Source: Arsenophonus sp.
Lineage (GTDB): Bacteria > Pseudomonadota > Gammaproteobacteria > Enterobacterales > Enterobacteriaceae
Direction of reading: 5' to 3'
Assembly: GCA_031446105.1 (NCBI GenBank)
Contig: CP132907.1
Span: 67,921-131,920, forward strand
Length of the DNA: 64,000 nt
The notes under the pieces are model-generated. The model saw nothing but the letters and a program-made list of their open reading frames with translations. It was not told the origin of the DNA and searched no databases. The stretch's first letter is position 1. Each line of letters begins with the position of its first letter. Position numbers and translations under genes: made by a program. Of the stretch, positions 35,530 through 46,812 are shown piece by piece.

Positions 35530-36156
35530 TTCATGACCTAAGAATAAAAGTGTTGTATTTGATTTGTAAATATTAGCATAATATTAATTATTTTATCTAA
35601 AATTTATGCAAATGGTTTTTTTATTTTTTAATAAAATGCAAGTTTATTAAAAATAATGATGTAATTCTATATTAGAATTAATAATTTTTTAAAAAAATAT
35701 TAACTTTATTTGATTTATTTTAATTTTATATTTTTTTTAATTTTTTTAATTAAACTATTATTTAAAAATATTGTTTGATATTTTGATTATATCTTTTAAT
35801 AAAAATATTATTTTTTAAAAAATATTTTATTACTATATTTCTATTACTATGATTTTAAACAAGATTTTATGAAATATAATAAATTTAAATAATTGATTTA
35901 TATTTTTTAATTTTTTTTAAAAAATAAAGTTATTATTTTTTTGCATGAGATAATATTTTTTATATTTTGAACTTATTAAAAAAAATTATCAAAATTATAA
36001 AAATTTTATTTTAATTAAGTAATTATTACATGATTATATATTTTTTTATATAGATTATATATTTATTATGCACATATTTTTTTATTATGATTTTTTTATT
36101 TTAAATACAATAATATAAACATTATTTATTTTTCTAATTAAAAAGTAATTATTTTT

Positions 36157-37125
36157 TTATATTTTTTTTGCAATTAAAATAGCTCGTATTGGAGCAGGAT
36201 ATCCTTCTATTGTTAAATTATGATTTTCTGGTTTAAGAAAGTCTTCCAGTGATTCATTTTTCATCCAGAGTGTTTTTCTTTGTTCTTGTATTGTTGTTGG
36301 TGTTTGATTTATAATTTTTATATCGTAAAATCTGCATTTTTTTAACCAAATTTTTAACATTTTTGCTGATGGGATGAAATATACATTGCGCATTTTAGCA
36401 TAACGTTCAGTAGGTATCAAACATTGATTTTCATCACCTTCAATCACTAAACTTTCTAATATTATTTCACCATCTGAAACTAGTTGATTATTTATTTTAT
36501 ACAAATGTTCTAATGGTGAACGGGAATGATAAATAACACCCATCGAAAATACTGTATCAAATATATTCGATACAGGCAGTTGTTCAATAGTTAATGGCAA
36601 TAAATTTATTTTTTGAATGTTACCAAGTAATTTACGAATCGCTTCAAATTGATATAAAGATTTTTCGATAGGATCAATTCCTACTATAAATTTTGCATTT
36701 TCACCCAGTATTCTCCACATGTAATATCCATTACCACATCCTACATCAAGTACTAATTTATTTTTTAATGTTGAAATATAAGGGATTATACGCTGCCATT
36801 TTAAGTTTGATTGCCATTCACTATCAATTTTAATACCATATATAGAAAATGGACCTTTACGCCATGGCATTAACTTTTTTAATAATTGAATAATTTTTTT
36901 CATATCTTTTAAAGAAAGATTTACTTTTTTTTTTGCAATAATTCCTGTTTTTAGATTTATATAATCTGGTGTTATTTTTGGTAAATTATATACTATTTTT
37001 TTCCAATATTGAGATTGTTTATTTTGTTTTTTTTTCCATTGTTCAATTTGATATGGTATAGTTTTTAGCCAAATACTCAGTGGTCCAAGAGCTATTTTTT
37101 GATAAAAAAATCCAAAGTTTATCAT
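36157..37125 (-). CDS. cmoB: tRNA U34 carboxymethyltransferase CmoB
   Basis: 322 aa. PWRKGPF, LDVGCGNGYY.WR, G.DP, FSMGV.YH.RSP..HL and RNVYFIPS match E. coli CmoB. Its ATG overlaps the cmoA stop (ATGA). Confidence 0.94.
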   Translation of the reverse strand: MINFGFFYQKIALGPLSIWLKTIPYQIEQWKKKQNKQSQYWKKIVYNLPKITPDYINLKTGIIAKKKVNLSLKDMKKIIQLLKKLMPWRKGPFSIYGIKIDSEWQSNLKWQRIIPYISTLKNKLVLDVGCGNGYYMWRILGENAKFIVGIDPIEKSLYQFEAIRKLLGNIQKINLLPLTIEQLPVSNIFDTVFSMGVIYHSRSPLEHLYKINNQLVSDGEIILESLVIEGDENQCLIPTERYAKMRNVYFIPSAKMLKIWLKKCRFYDIKIINQTPTTIQEQRKTLWMKNESLEDFLKPENHNLTIEGYPAPIRAILIAKKI

Positions 37126-37876
37126 TTGTTTTGTGCTTTAATGGCTAAGAATGAACCGAAATTAAAATATTGAAAGTATAATTCGTAATGCTGGAAACCA
37201 GCTATATTTAATCTTGATTTGTGTTTTTTTATTGAATCAGTAATCATAATATTATCTAACATTTTTTTTTTTGATGAATTTCTTTTATACTGTATCCATT
37301 AGCAAGTTTAAAATCATAATGCATATTAAATAATAAATTATGAATTTTTTTGTCATTAAAACTAAATTTTTCTGATAATACCAATAATCCGCCAGGATTT
37401 AAACCTTTATAAATGCGATTAATTAATCTTTGACGTTTTATTGGAGTAATGAATTGTAATGTAAAATTCAAGACTACCATGGAAGCATTTTTTATTTTTG
37501 TATTAAGAATATCTTCTAAAATTATTTCAACAGGTATTTTTGTTTTGTAAGCATATAGATATTTTTTGCAAAGTTTAATCATGGATTTTGAATTATCAAT
37601 AGCAAGTATTTTATAGTTTTTTAAATTACTATTACAAAGTATTGATAGTGTTACTGCTCCTAAAGAGCAACCTAAATCATAAACAAAACTGTTAGGTGTT
37701 ATAAAATATTTTGCTAACATTCCTATTATGCTAAGAATATCAGTATATCCAGGAATAGAACGTTTTATCATATCAGGAAAAATTTTTGCAATTTTTTCGT
37801 TAAATTCCCAATTATCTAAGTTTTTAATAGGTTTTATAAATAAAATATCTTTTTTTGTTATTTTTTTTTTAATCAT
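37122..37876 (-). CDS. cmoA: carboxy-S-adenosyl-L-methionine synthase CmoA, reading frame interrupted at an A11 tract
   Basis: ORF 37876..37256 matches CmoA residues 1-~205 ([60 protein letters not shown]). After A11 (plus-strand T11, 37262-37272) another frame encodes [47 protein letters not shown]. coli has [48 protein letters not shown]. That frame ends in a TGA overlapping the cmoB ATG. Length is 755 nt, i.e. 2 mod 3. Confidence 0.87.
37262..37272 (-). repeat. A11 homopolymer (T11 on the plus strand) at the cmoA frame break
   Basis: Eleven T counted on the plus strand (ctaacaTTTTTTTTTTTgatg). A twelfth A in the mRNA gives ...[13 protein letters not shown]... Confidence 0.9.
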
Positions 37877-38080
37877 TTGAAGATGTATTATAAACTATAC
37901 TAATTTTTGAAAATTAAGATTTATAATCTTATCCTAATAAATTTAAAATGAGATTACAAATAAGAAAATTTATTTTTTTAAAAAAATAAATTTTAAAAAA
38001 TATAATTAAATTTTAAATATAAAATTTAAACTTATTTTTTATGATTTATTATGTATTTTAAGGTACACTAATTTTAAATT

Positions 38081-38126
38081 AAAAGTTTTTATTTATATAG
38101 ATTAAAAACTTTTATTTATATAGATT
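38081..38126. repeat. 23-bp tandem duplication (2 copies, 21/23 identical)
   Basis: aaaagtttttatttatatagatt (38081-38103) is followed directly by aaaaacttttatttatatagatt (38104-38126). Confidence 0.85.
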
Positions 38127-38808
38127 TAAAGTGTTTCAGTATATTTTATTTAGTAGAGAATAAATTCATAAAAATATAAATAATATTTTATCAAATAAAT
38201 TATTTTTTTATTGATCAAATTTTATTAATACATAAAAATTTGATTATCTTATAATTATTTAAAAAAATAATTCAAATTTATTAATAAAAATTATTAATTA
38301 AAATAACATTTTTATAAAATAAAATACATATTTATATTTTTTTATATTAAAAGACTATTTGATATTAAAAAATATTTTAAAGTAATTATTTTTTATTAAT
38401 AGTTATTTTTTGATTTTTTCATAAATATTTCTTAAATTATTAATTATTTGTTTTATTTAATAAATATTAAAAATTTATATTAATAATTAAAAAAATATTA
38501 TTTAAAAAGTTGATGACAATTAATGAATGTATATTATGAATTTATTTAATTATATTTTTTGTAAAAATATTTTTAATAAAAAATACCATTTATTTTCAAT
38601 AAAAATAAAGAATATTTAAAAAATTTTTTATAATAATTCTATATTTAATCTCGATTAAAATAATTTTATGTTTTTCTAAAAGTGACATAAAATTTTTATC
38701 GTTTTTGTTTTAAAATAAATAATAATAATTACAACATAAGTTTTTATAAAAAAAACAAAAAATTAATTATTTTTTTTGCTAGTTAATTGAGATTCTATGG
38801 AGGATAAT

Positions 38809-39429
38809 ATGCGATTAATCAATGTAGCTATTATTGCATGGTGCTTATCTATTATTATGTATTTTAATGGATTTTTTTGGATGTCTTTTGGTACCGGATT
38901 AATCTCTATTTTTCTTATTATCTATTATTTTAGGAGAAATATTTTGTTTAAGAAAAAAGAAATAGAAGATGTAAAAAACAAAAAAAAGAAAATTGAAACT
39001 GAAAATGATAAAAAAACAATTATATGTTCTAAAACTTGTTTTACTGGAGATATTATATCAGATTCAGATATATTTATTGATGGTAAATATGTTGGAAACA
39101 TTTTTTGTAAAGAAAATACTGTGATTGTAACAAAAAATGGTATAATTAAAGGTAGTATTTTAGCAAAAAAAATAATTATTTATGGAAAAATAGATGGTCG
39201 TGTAGAATCTAATATTATTAAAATTCAGTTAAATGGTATAATAGAAGGTGAAATTTTTAGTGAAAATTTATCAATTGAAAATGGTGGATTTTTTATTGGT
39301 ATATCCAAAAAAATTACGTTAGATTTAAATAAAAAAATACCTGAATGTAATGATATTAAAGATAATATTAAGTATGAAAAACAAAAAATAAATATAGGGA
39401 ATTCTATTGTTTTAAAAGAAAAAAAATAA
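38809..39429 (+). CDS. bactofilin-family (polymer-forming cytoskeletal) protein with two N-terminal transmembrane helices, CcmA-like
   Basis: Hydrophobic segments are LINVAIIAWCLSIIMYFNGFFW and FGTGLISIFLIIYYF, followed by a Lys/Glu linker. The beta-helical repeat that follows is typical of the bactofilin domain (F.GDI.S.SDIFIDG...G.I......V.V...G.I.GSI.AKKIIIYGKIDG.V.......I...G.IEGEI....LSIENGG.F.G). I moved the start from ATG 38797 to ATG 38809 because GGAGG (38799-38803) lies 5 nt upstream. Confidence 0.75.
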   Translation: MRLINVAIIAWCLSIIMYFNGFFWMSFGTGLISIFLIIYYFRRNILFKKKEIEDVKNKKKKIETENDKKTIICSKTCFTGDIISDSDIFIDGKYVGNIFCKENTVIVTKNGIIKGSILAKKIIIYGKIDGRVESNIIKIQLNGIIEGEIFSENLSIENGGFFIGISKKITLDLNKKIPECNDIKDNIKYEKQKINIGNSIVLKEKK

Positions 39430-39933
39430 AAAATATTAATAAATAATTATTAGCTATATCAATATTTTAAAATTTTATAAAAAAATATTGTATATTGATA
39501 TTTTTTTTATAAATAAATAAAAATAATCATTACCATATTTATTATCGTATTTTTTTTAAAAAAAAGTATTATAAATAAATACATTTAATTTAAAAATATG
39601 CAGATATTTTTAGAATTATATTTTAAATTTTTGTTTTTTTATTTTGTACAAAAAAATATTTTTTAATATAATTTTGTAAAATTTTTCATATAAGTAGTAA
39701 TTATTTTTTTTGGAAAATTTAAAAAATTTCAATAAAATTCCATTTTTTTTGTTTTTTATTTTTAAAATTTATCTTTAAAAAATTTTTTAAAAAATCTTTA
39801 GTATATATGTTAATATTGATATAATAATAACTAATGATAATTACTTTGTTTATTTAATATTTTTTAAATATTTTATAAATAAAAAAATTATAGTTTTATT
39901 GATAAAAAAGAAAAAAAGAGAATAAAAAAATAA

Positions 39934-41202
39934 ATGGATCTTTTAAATCAAAAAGCATTAAAAAATTTTTCAGAAATTTTTCACAGTAGTAATAGAGCAA
40001 AAGAAAAAGAAGCATTAAATTATTGGCGTTTAGTAGAAAAAATTGGATTTTCATCATTTCAAGATGAAGAATTGCATTCTACTCCTTTAAAAAATATATT
40101 AACTTCTAAATATCAATTAACCAATAATAATTTTTTTAATATCCAATCTAAAAATTTTAAAAATATAGGTATTAATGATTTAGACGGATGGCGAATTGTA
40201 TTAATAGATGGATATTTTATTCCTTCTTTAAGTAGTAATGATTTTTTTCCTTATCAGATTAATACAAAAAATATAATTAAAAATTTTCCCTTTCCTATTC
40301 TCAATAATGATATATTTTTATATTTAACAGAAAGCTTATCTGTTCAACCGTTATTAATTAAGTTGTGTGCTAATCAAATAGTAAAAAAAACACTTTATAT
40401 TTTAAATATCACATCAGGATCAAATTCAAAGTATTATATTAATACTAGTCACTATCGTTATCATTTAGAAATTGAAGCTAACAGTAAAGCACAAGTTATT
40501 GAACATTTTATTTCTTTAAATGATAAACCACATTTAACAGGAAGTCGTTTAACGGTTAATCTTGGCGAGAATAGTTTTTTAAATCATATAAAATTTAGTT
40601 TTGAAAATAAAAAAAGTTTTCATTTTTCTCATAATGATTTTATTTTAAGAGAATATAGTAATATTAAAAGTATTGGTATTTTTTTTGGTTCTAGTTTATG
40701 TCGAAATCATACAAGCATTAATTTACAAGGTAGAGAAAGCACATCTTTTTTGAAAAGTTTATTATTAGCAAAAAATAGTCAAATTATTAATATAAGAACT
40801 TATCTTGAACATAATGAGCCATTTTGTAGGAGTGATCAATTACATAAATCTATTGTATTAGATCATAGTAAAGCAATTTTTAATGGTATAATTAAAGTTT
40901 TAAAAAAAGCAGTAAACATTTCTGCACAAATGAAAAATAATAATTTGTTATTAGGAAAAAAAGCAGAAGTATATACAAAACCACAATTAGAAATTTATTC
41001 TGATGATGTTAAATGTACTCATGCTGCTACTGTAGGAAGCATTGATGTTGAACAGTTATTTTATCTTTGTTCCCGTGGCATTAATTTTCAAGATGCTAAA
41101 CATATAATTATGGTTGCATTCACATATGAAGTAAGCAAAAACATTTATAATGATGTTATAAAAAATGAGATAAACAAAAATATTCAGAAATTTTTGCTAT
41201 AG
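39934..41202 (+). CDS. sufD: Fe-S cluster assembly protein SufD
   Basis: 422 aa vs 423 in E. coli and colinear with it: NTSHYRYHLEIEANSKAQVIEHFISLND (E. coli NTAHYRHHLDLAEGAEATVIEHFVSLND), RTYLEHNEPFCRSDQLHKSIV, MKNNNLLLGKKAEVYTKPQLEIYSDDVKCTHAATVG.ID.EQLFYL.SRGIN.QDA. Confidence 0.9.
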   Translation: MDLLNQKALKNFSEIFHSSNRAKEKEALNYWRLVEKIGFSSFQDEELHSTPLKNILTSKYQLTNNNFFNIQSKNFKNIGINDLDGWRIVLIDGYFIPSLSSNDFFPYQINTKNIIKNFPFPILNNDIFLYLTESLSVQPLLIKLCANQIVKKTLYILNITSGSNSKYYINTSHYRYHLEIEANSKAQVIEHFISLNDKPHLTGSRLTVNLGENSFLNHIKFSFENKKSFHFSHNDFILREYSNIKSIGIFFGSSLCRNHTSINLQGRESTSFLKSLLLAKNSQIINIRTYLEHNEPFCRSDQLHKSIVLDHSKAIFNGIIKVLKKAVNISAQMKNNNLLLGKKAEVYTKPQLEIYSDDVKCTHAATVGSIDVEQLFYLCSRGINFQDAKHIIMVAFTYEVSKNIYNDVIKNEINKNIQKFLL

Positions 41203-41988
41203 GTTTTTTTATTTTTAATTCTAATAAAAAAAATTTAGATTTTTTAAAAATTAAAAATTATATAAAAAATATTTTTAATTTGGGAAAGATAGGTTAAATT
41301 TTATAAAAATATTTATTAGATTAAACTTTTTTAAAAATTTTTATATATTAAAGATTTATATATAAATATTTAAAATTATAATTAATTTATGTTTAAAATA
41401 AATTATCGTAATCATATTATTAGACTAATGTATTTTAATAATTTTTTTTAAAATTATGTATTAAATTTATAAAAATAATATTAAATATAATAAAAGATAT
41501 TTTTTTATTACTTTTAAATATTTTTTAATATAAAAATATTTGTTTTGTATATTTAAAAAAAGAAATAATAATTTTATTTATGTATATTATCGTATTAAAT
41601 AGATATTTGATGTTTTTTGAAAATTATCAAATATTATTTTTTAAGAGTTATTTTTATGTCATTATTATTTTATATTTTTTAATTGTGATTTATATAAAAA
41701 ATTTATTTTTATTTTAATTATTTTTAAAGAAAGATTTATGTATTAGATTTTTCATATAAAATAACAAAAATTTTATTTTTTATTAGTAATTTTTTAATAA
41801 AAAATTATCGATTTTTTATATAATAAAATTAAATCATTTTCTTTAATATTTAAATGTAATAATATTTTATATTCTTATTTTTTAATTTTTTGTACAATTA
41901 TTTTATTCTTAATATTTTAATATATAATAAATATTTTAAGTATATAATATGTCTAAAAAAAATTATTAGTAAATTTAAGGAAATAAAA

Positions 41989-42327
41989 ATGAATATTTTA
42001 AAAAAAATCGAAAAACAAATAAAAGAAAATCCAATTCTTTTATACATGAAAGGATCTCCTAAATTTCCAAGTTGTGGTTTTTCAGCAAAAGCTGTACAAG
42101 TTCTTTCTTCTTGTGCTAAACGATTTGCTTATATAGATATTTTAGAATATCCCGATATTCGTGCTGCATTGCCTGATTATGCTAATTGGCCAACATTCCC
42201 CCAGTTATGGATAGAAAGCCAATTAATTGGTGGTTGTGATATCATAGTTGAGATGTACGAACAAGGTGAATTACAAAATTTAATTAATAAAATTGATAAT
42301 AAAAATGATGTTAAGAAAGTTAAATAA
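41989..42327 (+). CDS. grxD: monothiol glutaredoxin Grx4
   Basis: 112 codons from the internal ATG, with AAGGA upstream. IEKQIKENPILLYMKGSPKFPSCGFSAKAVQ (CGFS active site) and YANWPTFPQLW..S.LIGGCDI..EMY..GELQ are near-identical in pattern to E. coli GrxD. The 33-codon upstream extension in the ORF track is pure AT-rich filler. Confidence 0.93.
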   Translation: MNILKKIEKQIKENPILLYMKGSPKFPSCGFSAKAVQVLSSCAKRFAYIDILEYPDIRAALPDYANWPTFPQLWIESQLIGGCDIIVEMYEQGELQNLINKIDNKNDVKKVK

Positions 42328-43381
42328 TAAATAGTTAAAAATTCTTATATAAAAATACAAAAAATGCGAATATTATTTTTTATGTGCATAATTTGTTATT
42401 TTTAGTAATTATAAAGACAATTATCAGTAACTTTAAAATATTAAACTATAAGTGTTTTTTTATAAAAAAATTTAAGTTTTATATAAAAATTAAATAATTT
42501 TAATACAGCTTAAATAAAATTTTAATTTTATATGATTGTAAGAAAAAAATCGATATATCATAGATTAACTTTACATCTTATATATATTTATATATGAAGT
42601 TTTATTAATTATTTTGATAATATAATATTATTAGATATTTATTTAATATATAACTTTTTAAAAAATAATGTATTAAAATTAATATATAATTAAATATATT
42701 TTTTAAAATATTTGTTAAATTAAAGTTTTTTTAAAATTTGACTTTTTAAAAAAATAATAATTTTTGAAATGTAAAATTATATATTTTCAGATTTTATTTA
42801 ATTTTTATATAAAATTTGTATTTATAAAAATAAGATTTATTGCAAAAAAAATTTTTAATTAATTTTTATGTTGTATAAAACTATAATTTTATTTCAACGT
42901 TTTATGTTATATTTATTTAAAAATATATAACTTTATATATTTTCATGAAGAATTTTTTAAAAAAAATTATAGTAAAAAAATAATTTATATTTTTATTATT
43001 TTTTATGTATTTGATAAGTAATGTGTTTAAATGAATTATTATTTTTTAGATAGGTATTAAAACATTTTTTAAAAAAAACTATTATTTTAATATTTTAAAA
43101 TATTATTTTTATAAATATAAAGAGAATGATTTAAGTTTTTGATTAATAATAATTTATATAAATTTAATTTTGATAGTTTTTAAAGTAATAAAAATTAATA
43201 TTAATAATTATGAGATTAGTTGTTTTATTTTCGCTATACTTAAATTATGTTTTTAATATTTTTTAAAATAAAATTTTGATTACATTAATAATGTTCTTAT
43301 TTTTTAAAAATATATTTTTAACAGTATTACTGATTTTTAAAAAAATTAAATTATAATTTAAAATTAGTACAGAGTATTTTA

Positions 43382-44470
43382 ATGAATAAAATATATAATT
43401 TTAGTGCTGGTCCATCTATGCTACCAGAAAAAGTTTTACAGTATGCAAAAAAAGAACTTTGCAATTGGAATGGTATGGGTGTTTCTATAATGGAAATTAG
43501 TCATCGTAGTGAAGAATTTTTAGAAATGGTGCAAGAAGCTGAAGAGAATTTGCGTACATTGCTTAAAATACCTAAAAATTACAAAGTATTGTTTTGTCAT
43601 GGTGGTGCAAGAGGGCAATTTTCTGCATTACCATTAAATTTATTTCAATATAATGAAATAGTGGATTATATTATTTGTGGATATTGGTCGCAATCTGCTG
43701 CAAATGAAGCTAAAAAATATTCTATTGTTAATACAATAAATATTATAAAAGAAGATTCTAATTATATAACTATAAAATCTATGAATGATTGGTTATTGAC
43801 GAATAATGCAAGATATTTGCATTATTGTCCTAATGAAACAATTGATGGTATTGCTTGTCGTGAATTACCTCATTTTTCATCAAATAAGACTGTTATTATT
43901 GATTATTCTTCAGCAATATTATCTGAGCCGATTGATGTTAGTAAATTTGGAGTTATTTATGCTAGTGCACAAAAAAATATTGGTTCAGCAGGTATTACAT
44001 TATTAATTATTAGAAAAGATTTATTAGGAAATCCTAGAAAATCTACACCTTCTATTCTTAATTATACTTTATTAGCTAATAATAAATCAATGTATAACAC
44101 ACCATCTACTTTTTCATGGTATTTATCCAGTTTGGTTTTTAAATGGCTTCAAGAAGAAGGTGGATTAGAAGAAATAGCAAAAAGAAATAAAGAAAAAGCT
44201 AAATTATTGTATGATACCATTGATAATAGTAAATTCTATATTAATAGGATCCATCCTGTCAATCGATCATTAATGAATATCCCTTTTAAAATAATAAAAA
44301 ATGATTTAAATTCTGAATTTATAAAAGAAGCTAAAAAAAAAGGATTGCTTTTTCTTAAAGGGCATAAAGCAAAAGGAGGAATGCGTGCTTCAATTTATAA
44401 TGCTATGACTTTAGATGGTGTAAATAAACTCGTTGATTTTATGATGCATTTTGAACATAAAAATAAATAA
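43382..44470 (+). CDS. serC: phosphoserine aminotransferase
   Basis: 362 aa, same length as E. coli SerC. NFSAGP.MLP..VL, EISHRS.EF, GGARGQF, PNETI.G, the AQKN.G.AG lysine motif and GHKA.GGMRASIYNAM all match. The serC-aroA pair is conserved. Confidence 0.96.
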   Translation: MNKIYNFSAGPSMLPEKVLQYAKKELCNWNGMGVSIMEISHRSEEFLEMVQEAEENLRTLLKIPKNYKVLFCHGGARGQFSALPLNLFQYNEIVDYIICGYWSQSAANEAKKYSIVNTINIIKEDSNYITIKSMNDWLLTNNARYLHYCPNETIDGIACRELPHFSSNKTVIIDYSSAILSEPIDVSKFGVIYASAQKNIGSAGITLLIIRKDLLGNPRKSTPSILNYTLLANNKSMYNTPSTFSWYLSSLVFKWLQEEGGLEEIAKRNKEKAKLLYDTIDNSKFYINRIHPVNRSLMNIPFKIIKNDLNSEFIKEAKKKGLLFLKGHKAKGGMRASIYNAMTLDGVNKLVDFMMHFEHKNK

Positions 44471-44568
44471 ATTAAATTATTTATTAATTTTATGAATTTT
44501 TACATAACATACATAGTATACATATTAAAATTTTAAATTAAAATATTTGCTAAAATTTTTATTTATTA

Positions 44569-45870
44569 ATGAAAAGTTTAACTATACAACCAATTTCTTA
44601 TGTTAATGGTATTATTAAATTACCTGGTTCAAAAAGTATTTCGAATAGGGTGCTTTTGTTGTCTGCATTAGCAAAAGGTAAAACAGTATTATATAATTTA
44701 TTAGAGAGTACCGATATTTTTTACATGTTAAAAGCTTTAAAAATTTTAGGTATAGAATATCAATTATTTAATAATCGTAAAAAATGTATTATAAAAGGTA
44801 TTGGAAATTTTTTTGATTATCAAAATAATTTAGAAATTTTTTTAGGAAATTCAGGTACGACAATTCGTTTCTTAACTGCGGTTTTATCATTAAGTAGTAA
44901 TTCGATTGTTTTAACTGGAGATTCTAGAATGAAACAACGTCCAATTTTGCATTTAATCGAAGCATTACAGAAAGGTGGTGCAAAAATTGAATATCTTAAA
45001 AAAGATGGGTATCTACCTATAAAAATAAAAGGAGGATTTTTAGGTGGTAAAAATATCACATTAGATTGCCATATTTCTAGTCAATTTTTAACAGCTATTT
45101 TAATTGCAGCACCATTAGCATCGCATCATTCTATTATCCAAATAAAAGGTAATCTTGTTTCAAAACCTTATATTGATATTACTCTTAAATTAATGCGTAT
45201 TTTTGGAGTTGAAGTGGAAAATGAATGCTATTATAAATTTTATATTAAATCTCAACAAAAATATATTTCTCCAGGTAAGTATATTATAGAAGGTGATGCT
45301 TCTACTGCTTCATATTTTTTAGCTGCAGCAGCAATAAAAGGTGGTATTGTTAGAGTTACAGGTGTTGGTAAAAATAGTTTACAAGGTGATATTAAATTTG
45401 CTTTTCTGCTTAAAAAAATGGGGGCTCATGTTTTTTTAGGAAAAAATTTTATTGAATGTAAACGTAATACATTAATTGGGATTGATATGGATTTAAATGA
45501 GATTCCTGATGCAGCTATGACAATTGCTATTTTAGGAATTTTTGCTCATGGTGAAACAGTTATTCGTAATATTTATAATTGGCGAGTAAAAGAAAGTGAT
45601 AGATTAAGTGCAATGGCATTTGAATTAAGAAAAATTGGAGTTGAAGTTAAAGAAGGATATAACTATATTCGAATATTAGCGACTAAAAAGTTAAATTATG
45701 CGAAAATAATGACTTATAACGATCATCGTATTGCTATGTGTTTTTCGCTTATTGCTTTATCTAATACGGCGGTTACACTTTTAAATCCTAATTGTGTTAA
45801 TAAAACTTTTCCAAATTATTTTCAACAATTAGAAATGTTAAGTTATCGATACTATAATGTAATAAATTGA
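44569..45870 (+). CDS. aroA: 3-phosphoshikimate 1-carboxyvinyltransferase (EPSP synthase)
   Basis: 433 aa. [55 protein letters not shown] and [10 protein letters not shown] are present. Confidence 0.97.
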   Translation: MKSLTIQPISYVNGIIKLPGSKSISNRVLLLSALAKGKTVLYNLLESTDIFYMLKALKILGIEYQLFNNRKKCIIKGIGNFFDYQNNLEIFLGNSGTTIRFLTAVLSLSSNSIVLTGDSRMKQRPILHLIEALQKGGAKIEYLKKDGYLPIKIKGGFLGGKNITLDCHISSQFLTAILIAAPLASHHSIIQIKGNLVSKPYIDITLKLMRIFGVEVENECYYKFYIKSQQKYISPGKYIIEGDASTASYFLAAAAIKGGIVRVTGVGKNSLQGDIKFAFLLKKMGAHVFLGKNFIECKRNTLIGIDMDLNEIPDAAMTIAILGIFAHGETVIRNIYNWRVKESDRLSAMAFELRKIGVEVKEGYNYIRILATKKLNYAKIMTYNDHRIAMCFSLIALSNTAVTLLNPNCVNKTFPNYFQQLEMLSYRYYNVIN

Positions 45871-45941
45871 GTATAATAAAATAAATTTTGATAGAGTATT
45901 AGTTTTTAAATTTTTTTATAAAAAGGAGGAGTATAATAAAA

Positions 45942-46640
45942 ATGGTAATTGTACCACCTGTTATTACAGTTGATGGTCCAAGTGGAGTTGGTAAGGGTAC
46001 ATTATCTAAAGCATTGGCAAATAAATTAGGTTGGAAGTTATTGGATTCTGGTGCTATTTATCGTGTTCTTGCTTTAGCAGCAGTATACAATCATGTTAAT
46101 ATTAAATCTGAAAAAGCATTGATTTCATTAGCAGTTAATCTTGATGTATCTTTTAAAGCTAAAGATAAAGAATTAAATGTTTTTCTTGAAGGAAAAGAGG
46201 TAAGTAATGAAATTCGTAGAGATAAGATTAGTAATCTTGCATCTCTTACAGCGGTTTTTCCAGAAGTTAGAAAAGCATTATTAAGTAGGCAAAGAAGGTT
46301 TCGTATAAAACCAGGTTTAATTGCCGATGGACGTGATATGGGAACTGTAGTATTTCCTGATGCATCAATAAAAATTTTTCTTGATGCAACACCTGGAGAA
46401 TGCGCTCGTAGACGTATGAAACAGTTACAAGAAAAAGGTTTTAATGTAAAATTAAGTGATCTTTTAGTAAAAATTAAAAAACGTGATTATCGTGATCGAA
46501 ATAGATTGATAGCACCTTTAAAACCTGCAAAAGATGCTTATGTTTTAGATTCTACAAAATTATCTATTAAAGGAGTAATTAAAAAAGCACTTGATTATAT
46601 AAAAAAGCAAATATTATCAATACAATATGATGAATATTAA
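45942..46640 (+). CDS. cmk: cytidylate kinase
   Basis: 232 aa. [59 protein letters not shown] and RD.RD.NR..APL.PA.DA.VLDST are present. GGAGG lies upstream. Confidence 0.95.
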   Translation: MVIVPPVITVDGPSGVGKGTLSKALANKLGWKLLDSGAIYRVLALAAVYNHVNIKSEKALISLAVNLDVSFKAKDKELNVFLEGKEVSNEIRRDKISNLASLTAVFPEVRKALLSRQRRFRIKPGLIADGRDMGTVVFPDASIKIFLDATPGECARRRMKQLQEKGFNVKLSDLLVKIKKRDYRDRNRLIAPLKPAKDAYVLDSTKLSIKGVIKKALDYIKKQILSIQYDEY

Positions 46641-46812
46641 GATATATAATAAACAGTCATATCTATTAATTTTTATCAGTATAAGTTTTGATTTTTATTT
46701 GATTTAATAAAGATTTGTGACAAGGAATGTTACAAAATATGTATTTAAAAAAAACCATTTTATCAGGATGTTAAATGGAAAATGAAAAATAAAAATTTTT
46801 GAAGATCTTACT

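Noticed and set aside
39430-41988. I looked for relics of sufC (upstream) and sufS/sufE (downstream) flanking sufD.
   Set aside because: I translated the flanks by eye and found no Walker A/B, ABC-signature or PLP-lysine-like remnants. The spacers are too short and too eroded to support a call.
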